From the NCBI GenBank assembly GCA_951813565.1, contig OX638351.1:3168001-3232000 (forward strand): a stretch of DNA of 64,000 bases, read 5' to 3'. The notes under the pieces are model-generated. The model ran no database searches. It saw only the letters and a list, made by a program, of their open reading frames with translations, and had not been told where the DNA came from. The stretch comes from an uncultured Poribacteria bacterium. Its GTDB lineage: Bacteria > Poribacteria > WGA-4E > WGA-3G. Of the stretch, positions 40,934-51,031 are shown one piece after another. The stretch's first letter is position 1; every line of letters starts with the position of its first letter. The position numbers were made by a program, and so were the translations under genes.

Positions 40934-41179
40934 ACGACTTGTGCCAGTTACGTATCAGTTTTGTTGTTTTTCACAACTGTTCATATTCTGGAATCAACGC
41001 CAAATACACTTTTGGCATTTGGCGAGAGCGATTTCCGAATCGCGACCCGTTTGTCGTCGGGAATCGGAGTTCCCTCCTACCTTGAGGTTGTCAGGTATCG
41101 GAAAAGTTTCGGAATCCAAACCCAAACGAGGCGAACATGTCAAATATAAACATACCATATGTTAACAGGCACAACGCGT
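40934..41179. mobile_element. MITE with IS982-like ends (246 bp)
   Basis: ACGACTTGTGCCAGTTA ... TAACAGGCACAACGCGT with a 7-bp direct repeat TAATGTA. Carries a REP doublet and a hairpin unit. Confidence 0.8.
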
Positions 41180-41187
41180 TAATGTAA

Positions 41188-41922
41188 CTAATCAATAGCA
41201 ATAAGGAGTACAGTGACGTTATCCGTGCCACCGTAAGCAAGTGCTTTACTAACAAGATTTTCGCCTGCTTCCTCAAGCGTAGACGCTGATGTGATAATAT
41301 TACGAGTCTCGGTGTCGTCGGTAATTAGGTCGTGCAATCCATCGGTGCAGGCGAGGATAATGTCACCAGCGGAAAGTGGATACACGTCTGTCGTGAGCGA
41401 AACCTCTTCTGCTAAGCCGATAGCTTGTGTAATGATGTTTCGTTTTGGATGGACCCGTCCTTCTTCTGGTGTGATTTCACCTTTGTCTATCATTTTTTGC
41501 ACTAATGAATCGTCAACGGTAATTTGTGTAAGAATGTCGTTATGGAGGACGTACAACCGGCTATCACCGACGTGGACGTAAGCTAAATAACTCGGTGTAA
41601 CAAACCCCGCGGTAAGAGTTGTTCCCATTCTGTGGTATTGATGTGAGTCTTGTCCCGTAGCGTAGACACGTCGATTCGCTTCAGTGGCGATTTTTTCTAA
41701 GATATCAAGTCTTTTTATGGGACCCAAATCACTTGTAGGAATAGGGGTTTCTTTTGCCCATTCCTCAAAGATTTGAAGCGCAAGTCGACTTGCAATATCA
41801 CCCCGAGCATGCCCGCTCATTCCGTCCGCGATTGCAAACAACCGATTTTGTTCGTCAAAAAAGTACGAATCTTCGTTTCTTTCTCGAAGAGCACCGATGT
41901 CTGTTTTTGCTATAAAGTTCAT
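41188..41922 (-). CDS. PP2C-type Ser/Thr phosphatase (Stp1/PrpC-like)
   Basis: RERNEDS, IADGMSGH, MGTT, HVGDSRLY, CTDGL, GGTDNVT. Confidence 0.94.
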   Translation of the reverse strand: MNFIAKTDIGALRERNEDSYFFDEQNRLFAIADGMSGHARGDIASRLALQIFEEWAKETPIPTSDLGPIKRLDILEKIATEANRRVYATGQDSHQYHRMGTTLTAGFVTPSYLAYVHVGDSRLYVLHNDILTQITVDDSLVQKMIDKGEITPEEGRVHPKRNIITQAIGLAEEVSLTTDVYPLSAGDIILACTDGLHDLITDDTETRNIITSASTLEEAGENLVSKALAYGGTDNVTVLLIAID

Positions 41923-42046
41923 CGAAATTAGCCCTTCCCTTTACGTTGTAAATTATTAACGTTAAATAAGTAGTTTTGTTTCAAATTAGTCATATATGGA
42001 GCATTATTTAAATTCAATATAAATATGTCACATTGGATGGCATCTT

Positions 42047-43210
42047 ATGAGTATAAATATTGGTATTAGTTCTAAAGTTTACAGATTGACGGCTTCACCG
42101 AAACATCATTTTTTCGGATATTACGGAATTAATCCGTGGGATAAATCAGGTCAATATCATCTTGCACTGGAAACAGATTTTCACACACATCGTCCGACAA
42201 CATCCGATGTTGCCACTGTTGGACTTGTTGATCGCGAAACACATAACTTTATTCCTTATGCCAAAACCTCTGCTTTCAATCTACAACAAGGTAGTATGAT
42301 GCATTGGATAGGTGAGGAATTTACTTTTAACGATTGGGAGAGTGGGACACTTGTATCTCGTGCGCTGAATCCAAAAACAAAGAATATCCGCACGATTCAA
42401 GGAGCGATTGCGGCAGTTTCACCAACAGAACCTGTTGCTATAGGATTGAACTATCAACGTATGGCACATTGTCGTAGCGTTGTTGGTTATGCCAGTGATC
42501 TGGAACTGAATAACATCAAAGCACAACCCGAAGATGACGGTTTATATCTGCTTGGCCTTCAAGATGGTACATCAAAACTCATCCTTTCAATTGCGGATAT
42601 GATGTCAACTATTGACGATGAAAGGCTTGTTGAGAGACGGGCTTGGTTTAACCATGTCCTTTTCAATACAGATGGCACTCGGATTTTGTTTTTCTGCCGC
42701 GTCAGACACGAAAAAGGTTTTTATTCATCGCTATGGACGGTTAACCCTGATGGAACCGGTTTGGAGATACAGATTCCGTTCGGTTATCGCGTTTCACACT
42801 TTGATTGGAAAACTCCCACCGAAATTCTTGTCTCTTCCGATATAGTGGATGAGATGGGTTTCGTTGAATTTACTGACGGTATGCGAAATTTTAAACCTCT
42901 CGGACGTGGTGTGTTACCGAACGATGGACACGCTTCATTTTCACCTGACCGACAATGGTTGCTCTGTGATACCTATCCGCGAGGTACAGAACGTTTAGCA
43001 GAACTTTTGCTTTACCATATTACAGAAAACCGAAAAATCGTTCTTGGAGAATTTCATCACGAAGAACAGTTTAGTGGAGACATTCGGTGCGATTTACATC
43101 CGCGTTGGTCATCAGATGGAAAGACAATTACCTTTGATTCTGTCCATGAAGGTTCTCGGCAAATATACAGCATTGACCTACATAAGTTGACAGAAAACTT
43201 GAACGTATAG
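42047..43210 (+). CDS. TolB/oligogalacturonate-lyase-like beta-propeller protein
   Basis: HHFFGYY, NLQQG, DGHASFSPD, CDTYP, RCDLHPRWS, FDSVHEG. Confidence 0.75.
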   Translation: MSINIGISSKVYRLTASPKHHFFGYYGINPWDKSGQYHLALETDFHTHRPTTSDVATVGLVDRETHNFIPYAKTSAFNLQQGSMMHWIGEEFTFNDWESGTLVSRALNPKTKNIRTIQGAIAAVSPTEPVAIGLNYQRMAHCRSVVGYASDLELNNIKAQPEDDGLYLLGLQDGTSKLILSIADMMSTIDDERLVERRAWFNHVLFNTDGTRILFFCRVRHEKGFYSSLWTVNPDGTGLEIQIPFGYRVSHFDWKTPTEILVSSDIVDEMGFVEFTDGMRNFKPLGRGVLPNDGHASFSPDRQWLLCDTYPRGTERLAELLLYHITENRKIVLGEFHHEEQFSGDIRCDLHPRWSSDGKTITFDSVHEGSRQIYSIDLHKLTENLNV

Positions 43211-43261
43211 GCAAATTTGTGTTGATATGATTGAATTTGAACTACATTGAGGAACATGTGA

Positions 43262-44314
43262 ATGTCAATATCTACCTCTATTCTTGATTTACACACGCAG
43301 TCTCTCGTGATCGATTCCCATAACGATGCCATCGTTGCACATATCCGCCGTGGCAACATCAGTCTTGCAGACGAACACACTAAAAACTCCGATCAGCATA
43401 GTGGCACTATCGCCTATCTACGTGGACGGGTACCGCCTGAAGAGGACGCCATCGGCATTCAACTCAACATTCCAAAAATGCGTCAAGGTGGAATTGATGT
43501 CGCGTTTTTTGCCGTTGACGTGACGCGCGCATGGAAAAATCATCTCTCTTACGCGTTAGACGCTTTCGGTTGGTTTGATACGGAAGTGGCAACCAATGCA
43601 TCTGATATCTGCATCGCACGTACAGCAGCAGACATTCACAAGGCAAAGGCTGAAGGCAAACTTGCCGCAGTGCTTGCCATTGAAAACAGTGAGGCTGTGG
43701 AACGTAGTTTGAATATTCTACGTTCCCTGTATTTACTTAGTGTTCGATCAATTGGGTTGACGCATAACCCAAATACGTGGGCATCAACGGGAAACGATGA
43801 AGGGGAGACTGGTGGAGGTTTAACGAAATTTGGAGTTCAGTTGGTAAAAGAGATGAATAAACTCGGCATGCTGGTTGATGTATCGCACATCAGCGAACGC
43901 GGATTTTGGGATGTATTAGATATATCAGACGCACCTGTTATCGCTTCGCATAGCAACTGCAAAACGTTGTGTAACCATTCTCGTAATTTGACCAACGAAC
44001 AACTTAAGGCGATTGCAGTCAACGGTGGCGTAGTAGGGATAACATTTGTACCAGGATTCATCACTGGAGACGGTTGGAAAAAAACACCTCCCTTTGCACA
44101 ACTTCTCAATCATATTGAATATGCAATTGATGTTGCGGGTCTTGACCATGTTGGCATCGGTTCAGATTTTGATGGTGGTGGGGATCTTCTCAAGGATGCT
44201 ACCGAATTCCCTAAAATCACGGAAGGCTTAAGTGAGCGAGGCTACTCGGATGAAGCAATTCAGAAAGTATTGGGTGGGAACCATCTGCGCGTTTTTGAAG
44301 CTGCGTGTGGATAG
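43262..44314 (+). CDS. Membrane dipeptidase (peptidase M19)
   Basis: IDSHND, LTHN, VDVSH, IASHSN, HVGIGSDFDG, LGGN. Confidence 0.92.
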   Translation: MSISTSILDLHTQSLVIDSHNDAIVAHIRRGNISLADEHTKNSDQHSGTIAYLRGRVPPEEDAIGIQLNIPKMRQGGIDVAFFAVDVTRAWKNHLSYALDAFGWFDTEVATNASDICIARTAADIHKAKAEGKLAAVLAIENSEAVERSLNILRSLYLLSVRSIGLTHNPNTWASTGNDEGETGGGLTKFGVQLVKEMNKLGMLVDVSHISERGFWDVLDISDAPVIASHSNCKTLCNHSRNLTNEQLKAIAVNGGVVGITFVPGFITGDGWKKTPPFAQLLNHIEYAIDVAGLDHVGIGSDFDGGGDLLKDATEFPKITEGLSERGYSDEAIQKVLGGNHLRVFEAACG

Positions 44315-44341
44315 AGCGAATGTAAATGTAAACAGTACAAT

Positions 44342-45337
44342 TTATCTCTCAATCATTTGACAGATAGAATCCCACACTTCATCAACTGTAATCTGTTTCA
44401 TACAGATATTATCTTTACATTTATCCGTAAACTGTTTACAAGGACTGCACGGCACATCATAGCGAATGATTGTGTGTAAATTCCCGAAAGGTTGGAATCG
44501 GATGTGATTGCCAGGACCGAACAGTGCTACGGTGGGTGTTCTCACTGCAGCTGCGATGTGCATCGGCCCGGTGTCATTTGTGAGAAAAAGATTACACCTT
44601 TCTATGCAAGCGGCTAACTGTCGAATATGAAGTTTTCCCGCAAATGGAGTAGCAGGTTCGTTCATCAGTTTGCTAACTGTGTGTACCAAGTCTACCTCCT
44701 TCGGTCCGCCGAAAATGATGACTTGTGCATTGAAATGTCGAACGAGTTTATCTCCAATAGCTGCGAAACGTTCTGGCATCCATTCTCGCAATTTCCATCC
44801 TGCCCCTGGGAATAGACCAACCTTTAACTGCATTTCTGCTATACCCGCTTCTTCGAAAGCGTGATAAACATCTGCACGTTCAGATTCCGTAAGGAAAAGT
44901 TCTAATTGACGATTTTCTGCTGGTATTCCGGTTGCATGTAACAGATCAAAATAGTGTTCTGTTGCATGTTTGTTGTCCCGTTCAGGAACACGGGTTGTGC
45001 AGAGTCTTCCCTTTCCAACACGCTCAGAAGCCCCACTTAAAAACATGAGTAGTTCTGTCCGAAACTTACGTTGAAAATCAAATGTAAGTCCGAATTTACG
45101 TTGACGCAAGATACGGATAATCCGCAGCATTTCACCCGTATCCTTGTCTTTCGCGAACCTATTGAATTGGATTATCTCATTGAGGTGTGGATTTTGTCGG
45201 AGAACATCTGCAGATTGCTTCGCGACTAACATCGCGATATAAGCATTGGGAAAATGGGCGCGAATAGCACGAATAGCTGGGGTTGTCAACACTACATCTC
45301 CGAGCGAACTGAGGCGAATGAGTAAAATTCGTTCCAT
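44342..45337 (-). CDS. Glycosyltransferase family 9 (LPS heptosyltransferase-like)
   Basis: RLSSLGDVVLTTP, PGAGW, NDTGPMHIAAA, CSPC. Confidence 0.92.
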   Translation of the reverse strand: MERILLIRLSSLGDVVLTTPAIRAIRAHFPNAYIAMLVAKQSADVLRQNPHLNEIIQFNRFAKDKDTGEMLRIIRILRQRKFGLTFDFQRKFRTELLMFLSGASERVGKGRLCTTRVPERDNKHATEHYFDLLHATGIPAENRQLELFLTESERADVYHAFEEAGIAEMQLKVGLFPGAGWKLREWMPERFAAIGDKLVRHFNAQVIIFGGPKEVDLVHTVSKLMNEPATPFAGKLHIRQLAACIERCNLFLTNDTGPMHIAAAVRTPTVALFGPGNHIRFQPFGNLHTIIRYDVPCSPCKQFTDKCKDNICMKQITVDEVWDSICQMIER

Positions 45338-45390
45338 GAGCTTTTAATTGGTATTCAGTTAAGAGATTCCTTGTCAATCTAAAACCGCCT

Positions 45391-46578
45391 TCAACTACCA
45401 TTTTCATAAGAAAAATTTACAATTTTCTTTTCAATTCCATCCATCGCCGTTTCAACAAGTGTTGCTATATCAAAACCTGCCTCCGCTTTGTCTAAATCTG
45501 CAGGTGATGCGTGCGTTGCAGGGTGCTTCGGCACAAAAAGAGAACAACAATCCTGATGTGGAAGTGTAGATACCTTAAAAGTGCCTATCTGTTCAGCTTT
45601 CGCGATAATATCAATCTTATCATAGCCGATAAGAGGACGGAGAATTGGTATGTCTGCAATTGCTTCAATTGACCGAAGGTTCGTAAGTGTTTGGGATGCT
45701 ACCTGTGCAAGACTTTCTCCTGTAACAAGTGCTTCAGCGTCAACAAATGCAGCAACCCGCTGTGCGATACGTGTCATCATCCGCCGATACAGTAAAACTC
45801 GAAACGGTGCGGGAGTTTCTGTTACGATAGTTTGTTGAAGTTCGGCAAATGGCACCAGAAAAATTACACTGCGATAGTTCGACTCTGCTAAGATATTGGT
45901 CAACTCTATTACCTTCTCCAACGATGCCTTATCAGTATAAGGATAACTGTAGAAGTGAATAAAAACGGCTTTCGTACCACGTTTAATCATTTGCCACGCT
46001 GCAACAGGGGAATCAATCCCGCCAGAAAGCATCACAAGTACTTTTCCACTAACACCAACCGGCAAGCCACCAACGCCTTGAAGTTTATCAGTGTAAATAT
46101 AGGCAGAATTGTGTGATATTTCTACCCAGCAGCGTAGGTCAGGGTTATGCATATCTGCCCTGGCACCAGTCTGTTGAATCAGGTGTCCGCCGACTTCACT
46201 ACTAATTTCGGGCGAAGTTAACGGAAAGGATTTGTCGGAACGTTTGGTTTCAACTTTTAGTGTCTCAAAAGTTTTTCCTTCGGTCAGCTGCAAAGCAGTG
46301 TCTTTAATTACATCAATGTCTTTTTCGGTGCGACAAACAAGTTCAAAATGTGCAATACCCATAACTCGCCGCAGTCGTTTCTCGATTTCAGCAATATCTG
46401 TCCCTTGTTTAAGATGCACAACGATTCTATCGTGAAGTCTTTGGACTTCTGCGTAACCTGTTCCGCGTAGGGAAAGTTTGATGTTTTGTGTAAGCTTCTT
46501 TTCAAAAAACACTCTATTTTTCCCTTTGAGTCCAACTTCAGCATAATGAATTATAAATAACTTTTCGGTATAATGCAT
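45391..46578 (-). CDS. thiI: tRNA 4-thiouridine synthase ThiI (no rhodanese domain)
   Basis: EVGLKGKNR, THUMP domain, GGLPVG, SGGIDS, GESLAQVASQT, DCC. Confidence 0.95.
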   Translation of the reverse strand: MHYTEKLFIIHYAEVGLKGKNRVFFEKKLTQNIKLSLRGTGYAEVQRLHDRIVVHLKQGTDIAEIEKRLRRVMGIAHFELVCRTEKDIDVIKDTALQLTEGKTFETLKVETKRSDKSFPLTSPEISSEVGGHLIQQTGARADMHNPDLRCWVEISHNSAYIYTDKLQGVGGLPVGVSGKVLVMLSGGIDSPVAAWQMIKRGTKAVFIHFYSYPYTDKASLEKVIELTNILAESNYRSVIFLVPFAELQQTIVTETPAPFRVLLYRRMMTRIAQRVAAFVDAEALVTGESLAQVASQTLTNLRSIEAIADIPILRPLIGYDKIDIIAKAEQIGTFKVSTLPHQDCCSLFVPKHPATHASPADLDKAEAGFDIATLVETAMDGIEKKIVNFSYENGS

Positions 46579-46651
46579 TGCTATTAATCCTTATATTGAC
46601 TTAAGATGCACTGCTTGAGAACGGTCATGAATCCTTGTAAGCTGATTAAAT

Positions 46652-47308
46652 TTATGCAAGGACAGTTTCTGTTGTACGAAAATGAAGTTTGGCAACATTC
46701 CTTAGTGCTTTAGCACCGTGCAATTTGATAAATTCTTTTCCTGCGTCTGTAACCTGATATGCACCTCTCGGCAACCGTATCTTATATCTTTGTGATAAAG
46801 TTTCTATACCTTTCAGAAAAGCATCGCGCGCTATGATTGACGCAGCAGCTACTGCGATGTCTCTTTCTGCCTTAGTTTCCTGTTTTATCTCTATATCTTG
46901 TTGTGCCAACTGTGGTGTTATTATATCATTATTTGCAAATTTATCTATGAGCGCGTGCTTCGCTCCCATACGGTTCGCAAGTGTTTGAATGGACTCAATA
47001 TGTAATTTGGCAAGCATCGTATTTAGGTTTTGGTCACGCTTTCTGAGGATTTCGTAAAGAGAATTATAGTCCTCTGGCATCTTTTGTTTAATAACGATGT
47101 GTTGCTCGTAATGCTTCCATATCCAATCAGCAAGTTTACGGACGCGTGGATTTGAAATCTTCTTTCCATCAGTAATTTTCTTACTCAAAAACTCATCTTG
47201 ACAATCGGCGTTTACGTAAACTCCCGCAACAACAAGCGGACCAAAGTAATCGCCTTTTCCTGCTTCGTCCGTACCGATCCATTCATTCCAACTGTGTATA
47301 TCATTCAT
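46652..47308 (-). CDS. rnhC: Ribonuclease HIII (catalytic domain only)
   Basis: IGTDEAGKGDYFGPLVV, VAAASIIAR, LPRGA, AKLHF. Confidence 0.85.
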   Translation of the reverse strand: MNDIHSWNEWIGTDEAGKGDYFGPLVVAGVYVNADCQDEFLSKKITDGKKISNPRVRKLADWIWKHYEQHIVIKQKMPEDYNSLYEILRKRDQNLNTMLAKLHIESIQTLANRMGAKHALIDKFANNDIITPQLAQQDIEIKQETKAERDIAVAAASIIARDAFLKGIETLSQRYKIRLPRGAYQVTDAGKEFIKLHGAKALRNVAKLHFRTTETVLA

Positions 47309-47323
47309 ATTATATGTCTATAT

Positions 47324-47887
47324 CTATTTTGAATTATAGAGGGCAGCGAATTGGGTAACTTCGCGTCCAATCGTTTTGACACGCGCTGCCAATTCTGGAT
47401 CGCGTAAATTACCGTTCTCATCAAAAGCTTGAGAAGCACGTGGAATTGAAACATCGTTCGGAATGACCCATGCACGTAATGTAGCACCTACAATTCTTAA
47501 CATTGACAAGGCATTTCCCGCGCCCATCCTACCACCTGAAACACCGATTAGTCCAACAACCTTATTTTCAAATTCCTCATACCGCATCAGATCTAAAGCG
47601 TTTTTGAGAACGCCACTGAAACTTCCATGGTATTCTGGAGTGCCAAGAAGAATACCATGCGCGCGTTTCACCTTTTCCTTGAGTATGAAAACATCGGGAG
47701 GATATTCAGATTCATCTGCAACTGCACCGTGGAAGATAAGTTGATATTCACTCAAATCCAGCAACTCTACCTCCGCACCGACCTCTTTTGCACCTGCAAG
47801 AGCAATTGTCAGTGCTGCGTGTGTGGTACTACCTTGCCGTAGACTACCGCATAGCCCTACCACATAAATCTGTTTATTTGATACCAT
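47324..47887 (-). CDS. NADPH-dependent FMN reductase
   Basis: GSLRQGS, TPEYHGSFSGVLKNALD. Confidence 0.93.
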   Translation of the reverse strand: MVSNKQIYVVGLCGSLRQGSTTHAALTIALAGAKEVGAEVELLDLSEYQLIFHGAVADESEYPPDVFILKEKVKRAHGILLGTPEYHGSFSGVLKNALDLMRYEEFENKVVGLIGVSGGRMGAGNALSMLRIVGATLRAWVIPNDVSIPRASQAFDENGNLRDPELAARVKTIGREVTQFAALYNSK

Positions 47888-47913
47888 AAGGAATATCCTC
47901 TACTCAGGAATAT

Positions 47914-49257
47914 TTATTTTTTCTTTTGTAGTTCACTTTTATTTTCTTTGAGTTTTTCTTGTGTTTTCGCGCGGAGATTCTCATAAGCCTCAACACTTGG
48001 AGCAAGAGTGAGAGCGCGGTTGATAGCAACTAACGCCTCGGAGTATTGTTTATTGCGGTAATAGGCATAAGCAAGTGTGTCGTAATGTTTCGGTATTGGG
48101 GACAAAGCAACTGCATTTTCTGCAAGCGCAATTGCTTGTTTAGTCTCTGTCCCGAGGCCGGCATAGACACGCGCTAAATTGTTATAGGCTTCAGCGGATG
48201 TGTTATCTGCTGCAATAGCCTGCTTGAAAGCCTCAACAGCACGTTCAAACTGCTTACGATTAATATGTATAACACCCAACTTTAACCATGCTTGTAAGTT
48301 GTCAGGTTCAATTTCTGTTATTTTTTGATAGACTTTGGTCGCTTTTTCTAAGGCACGTTGATGAATCAGCACTGTGCCAAGGCTGTGATAGGCGGGTAAA
48401 AAAGAAGGATATAACGCCATTGCAGTCTGATATACACGTTGTGCATCAGCAAAGTTGTCAAATTTTTCGTGGAGTTGTCCTAACTTCACATACAAAATCG
48501 GAGTGTTCGGATTTTTGTAAATTGCTTCGCGAAACCGATGAACGTTGTCTGAGTAACTTTTCATTCGTTCAAACTGCGCCATCGCTTTTTCTGCTGCTTC
48601 CAGATTTTGTAAACAACGGTACGCGATTGCAAGACGGTAATGCGGTTGTGGATCGTAAAGGTTTTGTTTAATGGCTCGACGGTAGTTGTTAACAGCAGAA
48701 ATGAAATCGTTCTGCATTTCTGCCACCCTACCTAAACCGTAATAGGATTCAGTAAAATTTGGATTTAACAGGATGCTCTGGCGATACGCATGTTTTGCCT
48801 TGTCCAATTGACGTTGGAGGAGGTATACCTCTCCAAGATGAATATACGCTTCTGGAGTTTCAGGAGTAAGCGTTAGGACCTCTTTGAGATGCGTCTTTGA
48901 GAGGTGCAATTTTCCTTGTGCTTTGTAGACGATCCCTAAATGGAGGTGAGCACTACCGTGTATTGGCGGAGGGGCTTGGAATGTTAACGCATTCTGATAT
49001 GCTTCTAATGCTTCGTTCAGTCTATTTTGTTCTTGAAGCACCATGCCGATATAACAATAGATGCCGCTACTTGGTTCTTGCTTTCGTATGGTATCAAACG
49101 CCGCTAACGCTTTTTCATACTGTTCCATCTCCATGTAGTGGAGCCCAAGCGCAAATGGGTCGTTAAGCACAACATCGGTATCGCTCCATACCGATACCGT
49201 TCCCCACTGAAAACATAGTGCCAAACAGAAGCACATAAGCAGGCGGTAGTTTAACAT
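47914..49257 (-). CDS. Exported multi-TPR protein
   Basis: Signal-like N-terminus and about ten TPR repeats. Start moved to 49257 because 49290 lies within a terminator hairpin. Confidence 0.85.
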   Translation of the reverse strand: MLNYRLLMCFCLALCFQWGTVSVWSDTDVVLNDPFALGLHYMEMEQYEKALAAFDTIRKQEPSSGIYCYIGMVLQEQNRLNEALEAYQNALTFQAPPPIHGSAHLHLGIVYKAQGKLHLSKTHLKEVLTLTPETPEAYIHLGEVYLLQRQLDKAKHAYRQSILLNPNFTESYYGLGRVAEMQNDFISAVNNYRRAIKQNLYDPQPHYRLAIAYRCLQNLEAAEKAMAQFERMKSYSDNVHRFREAIYKNPNTPILYVKLGQLHEKFDNFADAQRVYQTAMALYPSFLPAYHSLGTVLIHQRALEKATKVYQKITEIEPDNLQAWLKLGVIHINRKQFERAVEAFKQAIAADNTSAEAYNNLARVYAGLGTETKQAIALAENAVALSPIPKHYDTLAYAYYRNKQYSEALVAINRALTLAPSVEAYENLRAKTQEKLKENKSELQKKK

Positions 49258-49282
49258 GCGCTGAACCCGAAGGAGTGTATAA

Positions 49283-49323
49283 GAAAACATGGGGAAATTT
49301 CAAGAAATTTCCCCATGTTTTTT
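49283..49323. terminator. Intrinsic terminator hairpin
   Basis: AAAACATGGGGAAATTT-loop-AAATTTCCCCATGTTTT. Confidence 0.75.
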
Positions 49324-49348
49324 GTTGTTTATGTGTGACGGTTAAGTG

Positions 49349-50131
49349 TTAATTCCGCTTTGTTTTGAGAATACCCCAAGTTGTTGTCAACTTATCGCGT
49401 GGTTCAACAGAAATGAGTAAGCCACCCATTATGTCGTTAACCTCGTCTTTAGAGAGTGCTCGGTTGAAGGCAAAAAAGTCATCAATGTAGAAAGTCGCGG
49501 ATCTATAACCCGTTTTACCGATATACAACTTTTCTTCACCTTGAGCGTGTGCCGCGGGGACGTCATATTCACCAACTTGGACACCATCAATATAAAAATG
49601 GAATTTGCCTGCCGCTTTGACTCCAGCGATATGATGCCATTTACCAGTTTCAAACTGTTGGTCTTCTCCTCCGGGACCCGCACATTGTGAGCCTTGGTTT
49701 CCAGGATTAAACCGATAGTGAATATTCAAGGAATTAGGACACGTCCATACACCAGGGGAACGGTCAGAACCAGGAGCTTTTTTCGCGAAAATTTGACTCC
49801 AGGCACCATTATGCCCCTGAATGAAGTGGAGCCAGAACACAAAACTATTGTCCTGATATTCTTCCAATTCTTGGAAAGATTCAACTTCCAAACTGGCATT
49901 CTGATCTAACATTTCCAAAGAACCCGAACCAACTTTCTTTTCGTCTGTTGTAACACTTGCGCTTGTCAGCGTTCCATTATTGCCTCCACCGGTACCATCA
50001 GTAACGACGCCTCCTGTTTCTTTGTCGAAACTGAAGTAGAGAATTAAACCGTCGTCTAACGCAGCGTGCGTGGAGAGAATGCCACCAGCGAAAAACATTA
50101 CCGCAATAAACACATAAATCGTAAAACGCAT
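49349..50131 (-). CDS. Secreted LamG-like jellyroll protein
   Basis: LILYFSFD, WHHIAG, FYIDG, IDDF, tail VEPRDKLTTTWGILK. Confidence 0.88.
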   Translation of the reverse strand: MRFTIYVFIAVMFFAGGILSTHAALDDGLILYFSFDKETGGVVTDGTGGGNNGTLTSASVTTDEKKVGSGSLEMLDQNASLEVESFQELEEYQDNSFVFWLHFIQGHNGAWSQIFAKKAPGSDRSPGVWTCPNSLNIHYRFNPGNQGSQCAGPGGEDQQFETGKWHHIAGVKAAGKFHFYIDGVQVGEYDVPAAHAQGEEKLYIGKTGYRSATFYIDDFFAFNRALSKDEVNDIMGGLLISVEPRDKLTTTWGILKTKRN

Positions 50132-50750
50132 GAGTAAATTCCTCCTCATGTATTCAATAAACTATTTGGTCTTGTTTGGTGCGAAAAGTTTTTTTATGTC
50201 ATCCCACTTTGGATTGTATAATGTTCGCAAACTAAACAACATCTTTTGTAAGGGACAACTTAAAAACACTCTTTTCGTATAATTACGTAATTACGTTGAA
50301 TATTTTACAAAAAACATCAAAATCTGTCAAGAAAAAATCAAATTTTTTATTTTTGATAATATTCGTGTATTTGGTTGAATTAAAAAATATAGTGATGCTT
50401 AGAAATAGATATACATTATTAGGTTTGGGCGTTTGTAGTTGCGCAATTCATTGCGCCTCTTACATTAGTTTGTAGGTTGGATAGAGCATAGCGAAACCTA
50501 TCGTCATCATTTTTAGAATGAATCTGCTTTTTATGGGAGTCTCCTCGTACGGTAGGAGCGGTTTCCTAACCGCTCCGTGTTCTCCGAAAAACGAACAGTC
50601 GTTCTTGTCAAAGGGTTTCAATTCTGCCAAATGCCCAAAAGCGTATTTGATGTTGATTTGGATTTATCGGGCGGACGAAGCCCTCCTACAAGAAAATGAC
50701 ATGGTTAATGCCAGAAACTTTACATACCCAATATTTACATGCCCTTGACA

Positions 50751-50889
50751 GGGTGTGTAAAGTTTTTGTAGAAATCCGCACCACTCCTATTGTAGGGGCG
50801 GGTCTCCGCCCTACAGTGGGAAACGCCGCGTAATCATTGCAAATTGAACCTATGTAACCAAATATTTACACACCCATATTTACACACCC
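50751..50889. mobile_element. MITE with GGGTGTGTAAA ends (139 bp)
   Basis: GGGTGTGTAAA ... TTTACACACCC with an 8-bp direct repeat CCTTGACA. Carries a GTAGGGGCG REP. Confidence 0.82.
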
Positions 50890-50891
50890 CC

Positions 50892-50920
50892 TTGACAAAT
50901 TTAATCGTTTTTTGTAAAAT
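50892..50920 (+). promoter_or_regulatory. sigma-70-type promoter for the LamG gene
   Basis: TTGACA-17 nt-TAAAAT. Confidence 0.6.
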
Positions 50921-51031
50921 GGGTTTCACTATAGTATTTTGAGAAATAGATTTGAAATAGTATGTGGGTTAAAAAATCAACATGCCTACATCTAATATTA
51001 ACTAACTTGTATGCTCAAGGAGGCAATCACG

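Noticed and set aside
39894..41276. Short ORFs at 39894, 40941, 40961 and 41091
   Set aside because: They overlap MITE sequence and are probably spurious.
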